From positions 172,856,001 to 172,920,000 of the forward strand of contig NC_091474.1 in NCBI RefSeq assembly GCF_036971445.1: DNA of 64,000 nt, written 5' to 3'. Every line of letters starts with the position of its first letter. Positions within the stretch are counted from its first letter, which is position 1. Positions 1 through 13,049 of this stretch are shown here, piece by piece. Made by a program: the position numbers and the translations under genes. Under the pieces are notes generated by a model. The model was not told the DNA's origin, ran no database searches, and saw only the letters and a list, made by a program, of their open reading frames with translations. Source of the DNA: Narcine bancroftii. Its lineage: Eukaryota.

Positions 1-1104
1 GGTATCCTGGTAGGATCCACCCACGTTGGTCAGAGGTCAGATTTGAAATGGGAGTAGTGAGGGCCGTGGAAGGAGTGAGGCTGGCAGCATCCCTGTTTTT
101 GGCTGTAAGATGTCTAGAGCAAAAGGTAAAACCAGGAGGAAGAAGTTCGACTACATGGCTGATTGGAAAAAGTTGAAGAAGAAGATGGTGAAGAAAGAGG
201 CTCCCCGGATCCAGTGGTGAGTGCTGTGGGCTGAGCTGACACGTGAATCTCTTACACTGCTGGTAACTTATAAAACGTATTTCAAGGAGAAAATAATTCA
301 AACGGCAAATAAAACACCTTGCTTTTAGTTTATGGAATTTGATTTGCAAATGAGGTGGGGCAGGTGGGACATAGATAATTCCTCTGATCATCATACCACT
401 GGTATCCCCACCTCTGGGTTTGTCCTGCCTGAGTAATGGAACATACTCGAACATTACAAGACCCTACTACGTTTGACCGTCAGCCTTGGTTCTGTGAATG
501 TGACTGTCAGTGTTTTGCTTGAGTAGGATTGTTCTGATTTGAACACCAATTTGCCCACGAGGAAGACTTTGTAAGGTTAATTTGGCTGGGAGGGGATTAG
601 AATCTCTGAAATTTAGTTCGGTGGGAGCCAATGGGTACTTATCCTGCTTCTTCTAGTTAATTGAACCTATAATTAATTTTGAAAGGGGAGGTAGGGTTGT
701 GCTTCAGAAGAGTCCCAAAGTAAATAAGTCCAACATTTTTTCAGGACCACTGTTATTATTAGAAGACCAGACAACATTGCATTATGGATTTTTTTTAAAA
801 ACATTCTTCATGTTTCCTTTGCCCTATCCATGCTTTGTTCTCTTTCTATCAGAGGTTGAGTGACTCCCAGAGCCTTCGTTGCCTCTTTGGAATGAATGCC
901 CTTGTTATTTGGCATGAGCACCCTTCTAAACAAATTTAAGTGATACTAGCTGTGCCATCTGGAAAACATGTCAAAATTACCAAGATTAAACACAAGGAGT
1001 TGCAAGGAGGAGAATTGTGTGACCACCCCTATAGATAAAACTCAAAAGCTCTGTTGTCCAGACTTTACATCACTTCCCTAAGCATAACATCTACCATGAC
1101 TTCA

Positions 1105-1960
1105 GAGATGCATAGAATCCACTGTGAATTGATAGTTTGTATTTGGAATTGTCTTGCTCAAAGAAGACAAAGGGTAGTGGTGGAAAGATGTTATTCTGAT
1201 TGGAGGTCCATGACCAGAGATTAGTGTTGGGACACCTGATCTTTGTGATGGATTTATCAATGACTTGGATGAAAAGGTAAGTGAGTGGGTTAGTAAGTTT
1301 GCAGATGACACCAAAATTGATGGAGCTGTTGTACAGTGTAGAAGGTTATCCAAAAATATAACAAGATGTAGATCAGTTACAGATGGAGCAGCGCAATGAC
1401 AGAGTACTCCTGTAGACATTTGAAAGAGTAGTCAACAACGTGCCACATCTCCTCAGACTTCTTAGAAAGTTGAGGCTTTGGTATGCCTGGATTGTTTGCA
1501 ATTCTGATCACCCTCTTACAGGAAGAATGTGTAGGGTTTGGAAAGGGCACAGAAGAGATTAACCAACGTGCTGCATAGATAAAAGGATATGATCTATGTG
1601 AAGAGATCAGACAAATTTGAATTGCTTTCTCTGGAGCATCAGAAGCTGAGAGGAGACCTGACTGAGGCAAAGACAGAATAAACAGATATGAATTTAAAGT
1701 GAGGAAGTGAAAGTTTAAAGATATATAGGGAAAGGATTTTACAAAGAGATTGAAAGATGTCTGGACATGCTGACAAGGCTCATGGTGGAAACAGATACTA
1801 CTAGCATTTAAGAGGTTTCTAGATAGCTGAATACGCAGGAAGTCAAAAGATATGAATCATGGGCAAGCAGCAGTGTTGGTTTAATTTGGCATCATATTTG
1901 GCACAGACATCTTCAGTCAAAGGGCCTGTTTTTGTGCTGCACTCTTCCACATTTTATGTT
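1105..1960 (+). mobile_element. CR1-clade LINE, degenerate 3' fragment (RT C-terminal half and 3' tail)
   Basis: Reads ...INDLDE..SEWVSKFADDTKI (tttgcagatgacaccaaaatt, ~1298-1318) and ends in a CR1-type 3' end (agggcctgtttttgtgctg...). Many stops; boundaries approximate. Confidence 0.85.
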
Positions 1961-2179
1961 TAACATCACAATTTCTGGCACCTTGCTGTTTCCCATCAAT
2001 CTTCTCCAGGGATTGGATGTTGCCAAATATTGATCCACCAATGGTGAGCAAAAGCCACATTCAATTGGAGTTAATCATGTCCTGACTGATAATGTTTAGA
2101 TTATCCTGACGGATGAAATGCCCAGTTCCTCCACTGGAATGTTTTGTCGACTCATTATCTGTGAGATACACAGAATGTC

Positions 2180-3093
2180 AAACTGCCAAAATGTTTGGCC
2201 TGGAAGTCAGCCTGAAGAAAACTGAGGTCCTCCATCAGCCAGCTCCCCACCATGACTACCAGCCCCCCCACATCTCCATCGGGCACACATAACTCAAAAC
2301 AGTCAACCAGTTTACCTATCTCGGCTGCACCATTTCATCGGATGCAAGGATAGACAACAGACTCGCCAAGGCAAATAGCGCCTTTGGAAGACTACACAAA
2401 AGAGTCTGGAAAAACAACCAACTGAAAAACCTCACAAAGATTAGCGTATACAGAGCTGTTGTCATACCCACACTCCTGTTCGCTCCGAATCATGGGTCCT
2501 CTACCGGCATCACCTACGGCTCCTAGAACGCTTCCACCAGCGTTGTTTCTGCTCCATCCTCAACATTCATTGGAGCGACTTCATCACCAACGTTGAAGTA
2601 CTCGAGATGGCAGAGGCCGACAGCATCAAATCCACGCTGCTGAAGATCCAACTGCGCTGGGTAGGTCACGTCTCCAGAATGGAGGACCATCGCCTTCCCA
2701 AGATCGTGTTATATGGCGAGCTCTCCACTGGCCACCGAGACAGAGGTGCACCAAAGAAGAGGTACAAGGACTGCCTAAAGAAATCTCTTGGTGCCTGCCA
2801 CATTGACCACCGCCAGTGGGCTGATATCGCCTCAAACCGTGTATCTTGGCGCCTCACAGTTCGGCGGGCAGCAACCTCCTTTGAAGAAGACCGCAGAGCC
2901 CACCTCACTGACAAAAGACAAAGGAGGAAAAGCCCAACACCCAACCCCAACCCACCAATTTTCCCTTGCAACCGCTGCAATCGTGTCTGCCTGTCTCGCA
3001 TCGGACTTGTCAGCCACAAACGAGCCTGCAGCTGACGTGGACATTACCCCTCCATAAATCTTCGTCTGCGAAGCCAAGCCAAAGAAGAAAGAA
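2180..3093 (+). mobile_element. RTE-clade LINE, 5'-truncated copy 1
   Basis: Reads FGLEVSLKKTEV, FTYLGCTIS and QLRWVGHVSRMEDHRLPKIVLYGEL, with a C-terminal C2H2-like CNRC..H motif (ORF 2607-3035) and a short gaa-repeat tail. Nearly identical to 26660-27413. Confidence 0.92.
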
Positions 3094-3367
3094 ACACAGA
3101 CTGTGTGTTCATATCTTCTATTTAACTTTCATTTGCTCCTTATTTTAATTTTTACTGATACAATTTTCATCCAACCAAACAAATAACTAATCCAGAGCCT
3201 CAAAAGCATTAGGCTGAGAAAGAACATGCATTGCTTGGCTTCCAATTACAAATAGGATAACTTAATGACCACAATCACTAAGCTTTCAATTGATTCCACA
3301 CAAGGTGCTCAGATGAAATCCTGTAAAGATAAAAAGGAGGCACAAGTGTTTGCCATGTTTATTGTTT

Positions 3368-3763
3368 GTGTGGGTGTGTGTATATGTGGGGGGGGGGGTG
3401 TATGTGTGGGGTGTGTATGTGTGGGGAGGTGGAGTGTGGGTGTGGGGGTGTATGTGTGGGGGGGTGTATGTGTGGGGTGTGTATGTGTGGGGAGGTGGAG
3501 TGTGGGTGTGAGTATGTGTGTGTATGTGTGGGGGGGTGTATGTGTGGGGTGTGTATGTGTGGGGAGGTGGAGTGTGGGAGTGTGGGTGTGGGGGTGTGTG
3601 TATGTGTGGGGAGGTGGAGTGTGGGTGTGGGGGTGTGAGTATGTGTGTGTATGTGTGGGGGGGTGTATGTGTGTGTATGTGTGGGGGGGTGTATGTGTGG
3701 GGTGTGTATGTGTGGGGAGGTGGAGTGTGGGAGTGTGTGATGAGAGAGAGAGAGAGAGAGAGA
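3368..3763. repeat. Compound GT/G-rich tandem repeat followed by (GA)n microsatellite
   Basis: Recurring units gtgtatgtgtgggg and gaggtggagtgtgg; (GA)n at ~3742-3763. The overlapping low-complexity ORFs are spurious. Confidence 0.95.
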
Positions 3764-3867
3764 GGCATTAAACAAAGCTGCCACTGCTCTCTCCCTTGAA
3801 GCTTGATTATAAACTGGCAAGTGAGTATATTCAAAGAAAGTTATCAAAGCTGTTTTTCCCTTTTAAG

Positions 3868-3987
3868 AGATGGATTCTCCAGATAAATACATTTTCCATT
3901 TTAGGTGCAGCTTTTCATCCTTTCAAGATGGATTCTCCAGATAAATACATTTTCCATTTTAGGTCCAGCTTTTCATCCTTTCAAGAT
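3868..3987. repeat. 58-bp tandem duplication
   Basis: agatggattctccagataaatacattttccattttaggt[g/c]cagcttttcatcctttca at 3868-3925 and 3926-3983, one mismatch. Confidence 0.95.
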
Positions 3988-6241
3988 TTGATTAAAGATC
4001 CTGAATCAAAATCAGCTGCATGACAAACATAAGTTTGAACTGGTTTCACCATTGCCACTCACTTTGATTACACAATTAGGCCAAAGTAATATATAATAAT
4101 ATTTCTTATTTTTATGACTATTGTTGTTCTGAGCTGGATCAGAAATGCAACTAAGGTACTAGGTTCAGAAATAAAAATAGAAAAGGAAACAGTTGACATT
4201 TCAGTCTCAGAATCCTTCCTAAGAGAGAAACAAGTTTTTCTGGTTTGCAGAGAAGCTGGGGCAGGACAATGAGGAGAAAAAAAGGGAGTTTCTCTGATAG
4301 ACTGAGCCAGATTACCTAAGGTGGCAATCAAAAGGAAGTTAGCCAAGAGATAGATCTGGACATGTTAACAAGGCTCAAGGTTCATTTATTGTTATGTAAA
4401 TATGTAAAACAATTGTTTTGTCCATTGTTTGGCCTGTAAAGGCACACAAGATGCCACCAATAGTCCAGTACCATGAACAAGAAAAGAAAGAGAAACAGAG
4501 AATCCCTTCAGAGATGTTGAGTGTCCACGGATCCTGCCCCCTCTGCTGGGCCCTGTGCTCCTATAGCCTCTGTAATTCCTGCTTGGTCTCTAGTCCATAC
4601 CAGCAGTAAACCCAAATCTAAGGTTTCCAAGTCACTCACCTCGGCAACTGGCTCCAAACCTCTGATGTGATTAAGAAGCTCTAAGAGCCCATGCTCTCTT
4701 GGAGCCCTGTTCTCCATCAGCATCCTCAAAAATCTCAGTCCCAGTACCTGGTTCTCCAAAGCCAGTCACCAGCTGTCTGTGGGCTCATGCAAAGCTCAGG
4801 AATGTGTTATTGAGCCCCTTGAATCTGTTCTGTTGGGGGTGTGCCATATGATGACGTGGGGTTAGACTGCAAATCCCTACTCTCTTCGAAAAAGTTGAAA
4901 AAAAAGTTGAAAAAGTGAAAGAAAAATAGAAGAAGTGTCGGAAGACTTGGAGAATAATTTAAAATGGCACCAAAGAAAGAAAAAAAAACCCAGCTGTAAT
5001 AATACAAGACATTGTGCAAGAAAAAGAACAAGATAAAGAAGAAAGGCCTACCTTGAAGAAGGATCCAGGAGCTGTCCGGAAAGTACTGCCCAAGGGAGTC
5101 AGGCCAGGGGCTGGGAGACCTTGGACACTGCTGTGCAGGGTCTCCCCCGACAATGCCTGCCTGCTATGGGTGAAGAAGTGACTCTGCTCATGTGCAAAAG
5201 CAAAACTGAGGCAATTTAAAAAAAAAGACTTTAGAGGCTTCCAGTTCCAGTGGTCAAGAAGAAGAACAAGAAGAAAATTTTGAACAAGGAACTATGGCTA
5301 AAAAGGTGGGAAAGTGAAAGAGTCCTTTATATTTACAGCTGGGATGAAAAATTATATGGAGAATTTCCAGAAATCACTGATGTTATTAACAGAATAAGTA
5401 AAAAAGGTGGAGATAATATAGTTGAAAATTTTTAAAAATTACAAAAAGGGTGGAAAAAAATGATGCAGCAAATGGACAAAAAATTTGAAGTTGAGGAAGA
5501 AAAAAATTAAAGGGAACGAATTTGAGATTCAAGGCATTAAGGAACAGATGAAGAAAATGTAAGATGAAGTAGCTGCAAGAAAAGATCAATCAATGCATAA
5601 AACTGACATTTTAGAAAATTTTAGTAGAAGGAAATAACATAAAGATTGTTGGATTTAAAGAAGGCGATGAAGGTCAAGAAATAAAGAAGTTTTTACAGTG
5701 TTGGATTCCACAATCTGAACTTCAAGGAGATATCGAGATTGAGGGAGCCCATTGAGCGTTATGACCGAAGCCACAACCAGATCAGAGACCACGTCCAATA
5801 TTGGTCAAATTTCTTCGTCACGAAGTAAGAGAGATCATGGGACTGGTGGCTAAACAAACAAAAGAACGACAGTCACCATTGATTTATATTGGAAATAGGA
5901 TTTTCTTTTACCCGGATATAAGTTTTGATTTGTTGAAAAAGAGAAAAGAATTCAATGCATTTAAAAATATATTATGATATAAAGGTTATGCCTTTGTCTT
6001 AATATTTCTGACAGTTTTTTTTAATTCCACATGGGAAAAAACAAGCTTTTTATAGACCCTAATGAGACAAAGGTGTTTGTGGATTCATTGCCTGAAAGAG
6101 AGGGACAAGCAGTGGGTGACACTTGAATGAAATATATCACTGACTGGTTTCAGTTGTTGCTACAGTAAAAAAAAATTCAAGGGAGTTTAATAGGGAGGAG
6201 GGTTTTAACCTATAAATGATCTATTTACACATATATATATA

Positions 6242-6345
6242 CATTATGTTAATACATAATGACTAATTGATGGATCTTTTAAGTATATATATATATATAT
6301 ATACTTAAAAGATCCATCAATTAGTCATTATGTATTAACATAATG
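6242..6345. repeat. Perfect 104-bp palindrome (42-bp arms around (TA)10)
   Basis: cattatgttaatacataatgactaattgatggatcttttaag + (TA)10 + the exact reverse complement of the left arm. Confidence 0.95.
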
Positions 6346-8150
6346 CAACAGGAGACTGAACTGCATTTTGAGTGAGTTAGTCGGGAATGTGGAGCTAACT
6401 GTTGCAGAATCATGAGTGCTAGTGTGGTTTTGACCACAACTCGAATAGATCAGGGCTTTAAAGATGTTATACCAACATTGTGTGCATTTGTGAGGAGAGG
6501 GTCCTATCTTTATTCTGTTTTCTTTCTTTTCCTTTTTCTTTAAACACCTAGATTAATCAAGATCATTATGAAGTATGTTGTTAATATTATGAAAGTGGGA
6601 GGAGTGGGAGAAGAAGGATGGATGGTCAAAAGATTTAATAAAAGTAATTGATGGTGGGAATATTGAATTTCATTAGCATTAATATTAATGGAATACAGAA
6701 ACCAATAAAATGGAAAAAATATCAATGTAAACGAAAAAAGCAAAAGTGGATATTGATATTTTACAAGAAACACATTTGACAAAAAGAGCATGAAACATTA
6801 ATTGAATGATACTGGCATCTTCATTTAATTCAAAAGCTAGGGATGCAGCAATATTAATACATAAAAAAATTACCAGTAAAAATATTAGACACAACTATAG
6901 ATGCAGTAGGAAATGCAGTAGGTATGTAATGGTCAGTTTTCAAATTTATTCAGAATATTTGACTCTAATGAATGTGTATGTGCCTAATGTAGATGATGGA
7001 AAATTTATATAAGATATATTTATGCAATTATCAAATGCTAAAGGGAAAATTTTATTCGGAGGAATAATTTCATCTTTGATTCAAACTTAGATATATCAGG
7101 TGATAAAATTATTTTAAAAAACTAAAATTTTCATGAATAGATATGTTCAAAGTCTCTGCTCAGCTTTAATCCAGAGTTCAAAAGACTGCATATCAAGCGT
7201 GAGTTCATTCTCATCATTCACCTCTAATTCTCTCAATTTCATTGAAGTAAGAACAAAATATAGGTTACAGATGGCAATTCAATACAATATTATTAAAGAG
7301 GAAAGACTTTTGAGATGTTATGAGACAGCAGATAAAACCTTTTTAGAAACTAATGGTAATTCAATAACAAATAAGTTTATAATATGGGACACGATTAAAT
7401 CATATTTAAGAAGTCAAATAATAAGTTATACTTCTAAAATAAAGAAAAAAAATGAAAAAGTACACCAGTTGGAAAAATATTGAAATTAGAGAAAGAATTA
7501 CATATGCAAGAAAAGATGAGAAAAAAAAAGATTATTGGAAGCAACGCAATTGAGATTAACATAATACAAACCTGCAGGGTAGAAAGGGATATAATGCGAA
7601 CACGGCAGAAGTACTATGAATTCAGTGAAAGAGTTCATAAAATATTAGCATGGCAATTAAAAACTGAACAAGTTTCCAGAAAAATAATTGCAACAAAGAA
7701 AGAAACTGGTCAAGTCACTTACAAGATACAGTGAATAAATAATAATTTTAAGGATTTTTATGAAAAAAGAATCTCTGAAAGATGAAAAAAGAGGAATATT
7801 TACAACAAGTGAAATTTCCTATGTTAAATACAGATGAAAAATTAGAGTTATTGTGGCGGCACACCACTAGGCAGGAGAACCAGCCCCGCTTTAATCTACG
7901 TGGCGGGGCAGCCAGCCAAAATGGCACCATCGGGGGTTTTCCTTCTTCTCTGCACTAGGCTCAGAAGCCCACACTGGGGGACCACGTGACGCCTGGGTGA
8001 CGTCAGTGCCCCCCAGCGCAGTTCTCAGCCAGGTCTGGGCTGGGAGTATAAGTGCAGCCCAGCAGCCTGCAATAAATCAGTTCTGCTCACTGAGCTCAAC
8101 CCGTCTGGTTGTGTGTGTTCTTTCAGGAGTAGTGTAGCTGCTGCTACAAT

Positions 8151-8163
8151 TGGTGACCCCAAC
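8151..8163 (+). promoter_or_regulatory. Primer-binding site, tRNA-Trp type
   Basis: tggtgaccccaac after a 2-nt spacer following the 5' LTR; matches the tRNA-Trp PBS TGGTGACCCCGAC with one mismatch. Confidence 0.8.
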
Positions 8164-8187
8164 TGGTTCAAATGTCTTTGAACCCAC

Positions 8188-11100
8188 ATGAGCGAACCTG
8201 GGATCAGTGCTATAGCCGTCAAGCTGCCTGAATTCTGGGTTCAGAAGCCGGAGACCTGGTTCGGCCATGCGGAGGCTCAATTTCACCTCTGCCAGATTTC
8301 ATCTGACATGACCAAATTCTACCATGTGGTCGCCGCCCTGGACCAGGCCACCGCCAGACGCATGCTGAACCTCATTCCCGCCGAAGACAAATACGAGACC
8401 ATCAAGCGAGTGTTCACTGGATCCCTCGGACAATACAGGTCCCAGCATGCCACTCGGATGCTGCACCTCGACGCCCTGGAGGACAGTTCCCCAATGGAGC
8501 TGATTGACGAGATGCTCACACTCATGGGTGATCACACCAACTACCCACTCTTCGAGCGCATTTTCCTCGAACATTTGCCTGAGGACATCTGGCCATTACT
8601 GGTCCAAGAGAGCTTTATCGACCCGAGGAAGATCGCTCAGAAGGCCCAAGAGCTAAGGCTCGAGCGATTCCCAGGGGGCTCAGTGGTCCAGCAGGTCACG
8701 AGGCACGGGCACGACCACGCCAAGCAGAGCATCCGGCCCCTGCAGGGGCCACCAAGAGCATAACCAGGAGCATGGCATCCGCTCCAGGCATCTGCTTCTT
8801 CCACCAGCACTGAGGAGCCAAGGTTCGAAAGTGTCATCAGCCCTGCTCGTTCCAGGGAAACGAGCAGGCCATCCGCTATTAATGTCTGTGGCGGCTGGCA
8901 AAAAACACAGCCTCCTCTACCTGCGGGACTCAGTCAGTGACCGGCGGTTCCTCATCGACACTGGGGCCCAGATCAGCGTCATCCTATCCATGGCCATCGA
9001 GTCCAGGAACCGACTTCGAGGACCTCCCCTCCTTGCGGCCAACGCAACAGATATCCAGACGTATGGAGACAAGACAGTCCACTTCCAGATTGGCCGACAA
9101 AAGTTCTCATGGAGGTTCACAGTCTCGTCCCGCCGACCACCATCCTGGGTGCCGACTTCCTCCTCGCCCATGGGCTTCTGGTGGACATTTGGGGAAAGCG
9201 CCTAGTGGACACCCGTACTTTCCAGGCAATTCACCTCGAAGCCTCCTCCACAGAGCAGCCACAGATGGCCACGATCCACATGCCAAGAGATGAGTTCCAG
9301 CGAATCCTGGACGAGTTTCCGACCCTCCTCAAGCCACAGTTCTCTGCTGCCTTGCTGCGCCACAGAGTGTTCCACCACATCCCCACCCAGGGCCCAACGG
9401 TTCATGCCAAGGCACGCCGGCTCCCACCTGACAAGCTCCAAATGGTGAAAGAGGAGTTTTCGCATCTGTTGGAGCTGGGGATCATTTGGCGGTCCAACAG
9501 CCTGTGGGCCTCTCCGCTCCACCTTGTCCCAAAAGCCTCCGGCGGCTGGCGTCCCTGTGGAGTCTATCTACAAGGCGACAGTTCCTGACCATTACTACAT
9601 CCCTCACATACAGGACTTTAAGGCCAACCTGCATGTTGCAAGGGTTTTCTCCAAGGTTGACCTGGTGCGTGGGTATCACCAAATCCTGGTGCATCCTTAG
9701 GACATACCCAAGATGGCCATCATCACCCCCTTCGGCTTGTTCAAATTCCTTCGCATGCCATTCGGGCTCAAGAACGTCGCTCAGACCTTCCAGTGCCTCA
9801 TGGACTCAATGGGCAGGGACCTGGATTTCGTCTTCATTTACTTAGATGACATCCTCGTTGCCAGCAGAGATCATCGGGCGCCACACAAAGCCCACCTGCG
9901 CACCCTCTTCTCCTGGCTGGCCGACTTCGGGCTCACCATCAACCCAGCCAAGTGCTAGTTTGTGAAAGAGTCCATGCAGTTCCTGGGCCATACCATCATG
10001 GCCGCTATGAAGGTCACCACTATCAAGGAGTTCCCACGTCCGGACAGTCTCAAGGGGCTGCAGGAGTTCGTGGGAATGGTTAACTTCTATAACCATTCAT
10101 CCTGGGAGCTGCGCATATCATGCAGCCGCTATTCGCCCTCATCGCAGCCAAGCACAAATCGCTCACCTGGACACCAGAGGCCTGCAGTGCATTCGAGGCC
10201 ACCAAGGACATCCTTGCAAAAGCTACCATGCTCACCCACCCACACATATGGTGCTCTCTGTCAATGCCTCTGCCACAGCCGTTGGTGCCATCCTGGAGCA
10301 GCAGATGAACGGACAATGGAAGCTGCTGGCATGCTTCAGCTGGCTTCACCACCCACCAGAGCGCAAGTATAGTGCTTTTGACTGTGAGTTACTGGACATG
10401 TACCTGGCAGTGCGGCATTTCCGCTATTTCTTGGAGGGGAGGACTTTTATCATCTTCACTGACCACAAACCCCTCACCCAGGCACTTGCGATGACAAAGG
10501 ACCCCTGGTCAGCCTGCCAGCACTGTAACCTCTCCTTCATGTCGGAGTTTACTACCGACATTCGGCACAAGGCGGGGAAGGACAACATGGTTGTCGATGC
10601 ACTCTTGCGACCGCCCATCTGCGCGCTGACGCCCGGCCTCAACTTCAACCAGCTCGCCTGGGACTAGAAGTCTGATGAGGAGATGCGAGCCTTCAGGACT
10701 GCCATCACGAACCTGTGGTTCCATGACCTCCCGACTTCGAGTGGCGGAAGCACCGTCCTGTGTGATGTCTCCATGGGCACCCCGAGGCCAGTGGTTCCCC
10801 AACAGTGGCGCAGGCAAGTCTTCCTTCACATCCATGACCTTTCGCACCCGTCCATCAGGTCCACGGTCCGGATGGTGGCAGAGTGGTTGGTCTGGCACGG
10901 GCTGCGGAAGCAGATCGTGGGCTGGGCCAGAACATGCACCCATTGCCAAATGTCCAAGGTACACAGGCACACCAGGGCGCTCATGCAAGAGTTCGAGCAC
11001 GTCCGGGAACAGTTTAACCACATTCATGTGGATATAGTCGGGCCCTAACCCGTTTCCCGGGGTGACCGTTACCTGTTCACGGTGGTGGACCACACCACTC

Positions 11101-11700
11101 TGTGGCCTGAGGCGATCCCAATGCCAGATGCCTCCATGATCTCCTGCTCCCAAGCGCTGTTGCACGATTAGGTTGCCCGGTTCGGCGTTCCGAATCACCT
11201 CACCAGCGATCAGAGAGACCAGTTCACCTCTGCACTCTGTGCACAGCTCACCAACAGGTTGGGGATCGAGCTACACCGCACCATGGCCTATCACCTGCAA
11301 GCCAATGGACTGGTCAGCGTCTGACCACCACCTTAAGTCAGTACTTATGGCCCACCTCACCGGTCCCGACTGGGTGGACGAACTGCCTTGGGTGTTCCTG
11401 GGCATCTGCTCCACGCCCAAGCAGGATCTGCAGGCGTCATCAGCTGAACTGGTCTACTGCGCACCGCTGGTACTTCCTGGTGAGTTCATCAATGCACCTC
11501 ACGAACCCCAGCGGTCGCCAGACGAGCTGCTTCCCCACCTCTGGGCCCGCTTGGACTCCTTCACACCCCCACCACCACTCAGACATGGCACACGGCCATC
11601 TCACGTCCCCAGCAAGCTGCTTTCCGCAGAATACGTTTTTATTCGGTGGGGCCCGCCCGCGGAACCACTGCAGAGATCTTAAGAGGGTCCAGCATTCAGG
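8188..11700 (+). pseudogene. gag-pol of the Gypsy element, frameshifted with stops
   Basis: ORF fragments 8188-8763, 8831-9205, 9109-9588, 9713-9958, 10248-10667, 10683-11048 and 11173-11682 carry successive gag, PR, RT, RH and IN motifs. Confidence 0.9.
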
Positions 11701-12818
11701 GTCTACGTTCAAGTTGGACATTGGCGGCAGGCGGAAACTGTTTACTGTGGACAGGCTGAAGCCAGCGCTCCTCGACCCCACCGAACCAGTGAATGTGGCC
11801 CAGCCCAAGAAGTGAGGCGCCCAGCTAAAAAGGACATTGGCGCCGGTTCTGGGGGTGGTGGGGCTGTGTGGCAGCACACCACTAGGCAGGCGAACCGACC
11901 CTGCTTTAATCCACGCGGTGGGGCAGCCTGCCAAAATGGTGCCATCGGGGGTTTCCCATTCTTCTCAACACAGAAGCCCACACTGGGGGACCATGTGATG
12001 CCTGGGTGATGTCAGTGCCCCCCAGTGTGGTTCTCAGCCAGGTCCACGCTGGGAGTATAAGTCCAGCCGAGCAGCATGCAATAAATCAGTTCTGCTCACT
12101 GAGCTCAACCTGTCTGATTGTGTGTTCTTTCAGTAGCAGTGTAGCTGCCGCTACATTATCTAATTTTTTTTCTGAGATAGAAGTTTATGAGATTTTGATG
12201 TCATTACAAAACAATAAAGCTCCAGGAGAAGATGGTTTCACCCCTAGAGTTTTATAAAGAATTTAAGGAATTAATTCCTGTATTAATGAGTGTATTAGAT
12301 CAAATGAAAGATGTACATGACTTGCCAGAATCTTTTAAAACAGCATTAATATCAGCATTAAAAAAGGAAAAGATCTTTAACAACCTTCTTCTTATATCAT
12401 TATTGAATATAGATAATAAAATTATATTTAAATTATTAGCTAATTGATTAAGTAAATATTTACCAAAATTAATAAATATGGAACAGACTTTTTATTAAAA
12501 ATAGACAATCTGTAGACAATATAGTAAAATTTTTGAGTTTAATATGTGTAGCACAGAAAGAAAGAAGCAAGCAGTACCGATTGCATTAGATGCAGAAAAA
12601 GCATTTGATAGATTAGAAAGGGACTTTTTATTTAGAGCAGGGGGTCACAAATACAGTACCCACGAGCACCAGGTTACCCGCAGGGACCACGAGTCGCCCA
12701 CGGGCCTGTTCTAAAAATAGCATTAGTCACCAATGAGCTCCATCTAAAATTTTATTTAATTGTGTTGCTATTCTTTTTGAATCACACTTGCATTGATGTA
12801 GATTTGAAAATGAAAATA

Positions 12819-13049
12819 CAGGTACACAATCCTTTATCCGGACATCTAAAATCCAGAAAGCTCCAAAATCCAGCAAGTGGGGAGAGAGACGGCAGCGCGA
12901 GTCATGCCATCGAAGGGGAGAGACTGGCAGTGCGAGTTGGGCCATGAGAGGGGGGAGACCGGCAGCACGTCGGGCTGGTAAGGGGGTGGTGGGGGGAGCT
13001 GGCAGCACGACTGGAAGTGGGTGTGGTTGGATAGAGGATTGTGTACCTG
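12819..13049. mobile_element. Tc1/mariner-pogo-type MITE inside the hAT
   Basis: 21-bp TIRs caggtacacaatcct[t/c]tatcc flanked by TA on both sides; GC-rich non-coding interior. Confidence 0.88.

Larger units (their letters stand above)
7852..12155 (+). mobile_element. Ty3/Gypsy LTR retrotransposon (CsRN1-like), structurally complete, coding regions degenerate
   Basis: LTRs 7852-8148 and 11867-12155 (TG...CA), 4-bp TSD TTAT, tRNA-Trp-type PBS and G-rich PPT at 11851-11863. Domains: gag (VKLPEFW..PETWF), PR (FLIDTGAQIS), RT (YLDD), RNase H (TDHKPL), integrase (HxxxHP..CxxC, HVDIVGP). Confidence 0.95.

Noticed and set aside
3265-3847. Long Cys/Val/Gly- and His/Thr/Pro-rich ORFs on both strands
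   Set aside because: They are translations of the GT-rich tandem repeat, not genes.
3868-3987. Direct repeats that might suggest a CRISPR array
   Set aside because: Only two adjacent copies with no spacer, in a eukaryotic context with no cas genes.
10509-11198. 229-aa antisense ORF over the Gypsy integrase
   Set aside because: GC-rich antisense frame with no recognisable motifs; most likely a by-product of sense-strand codon usage.
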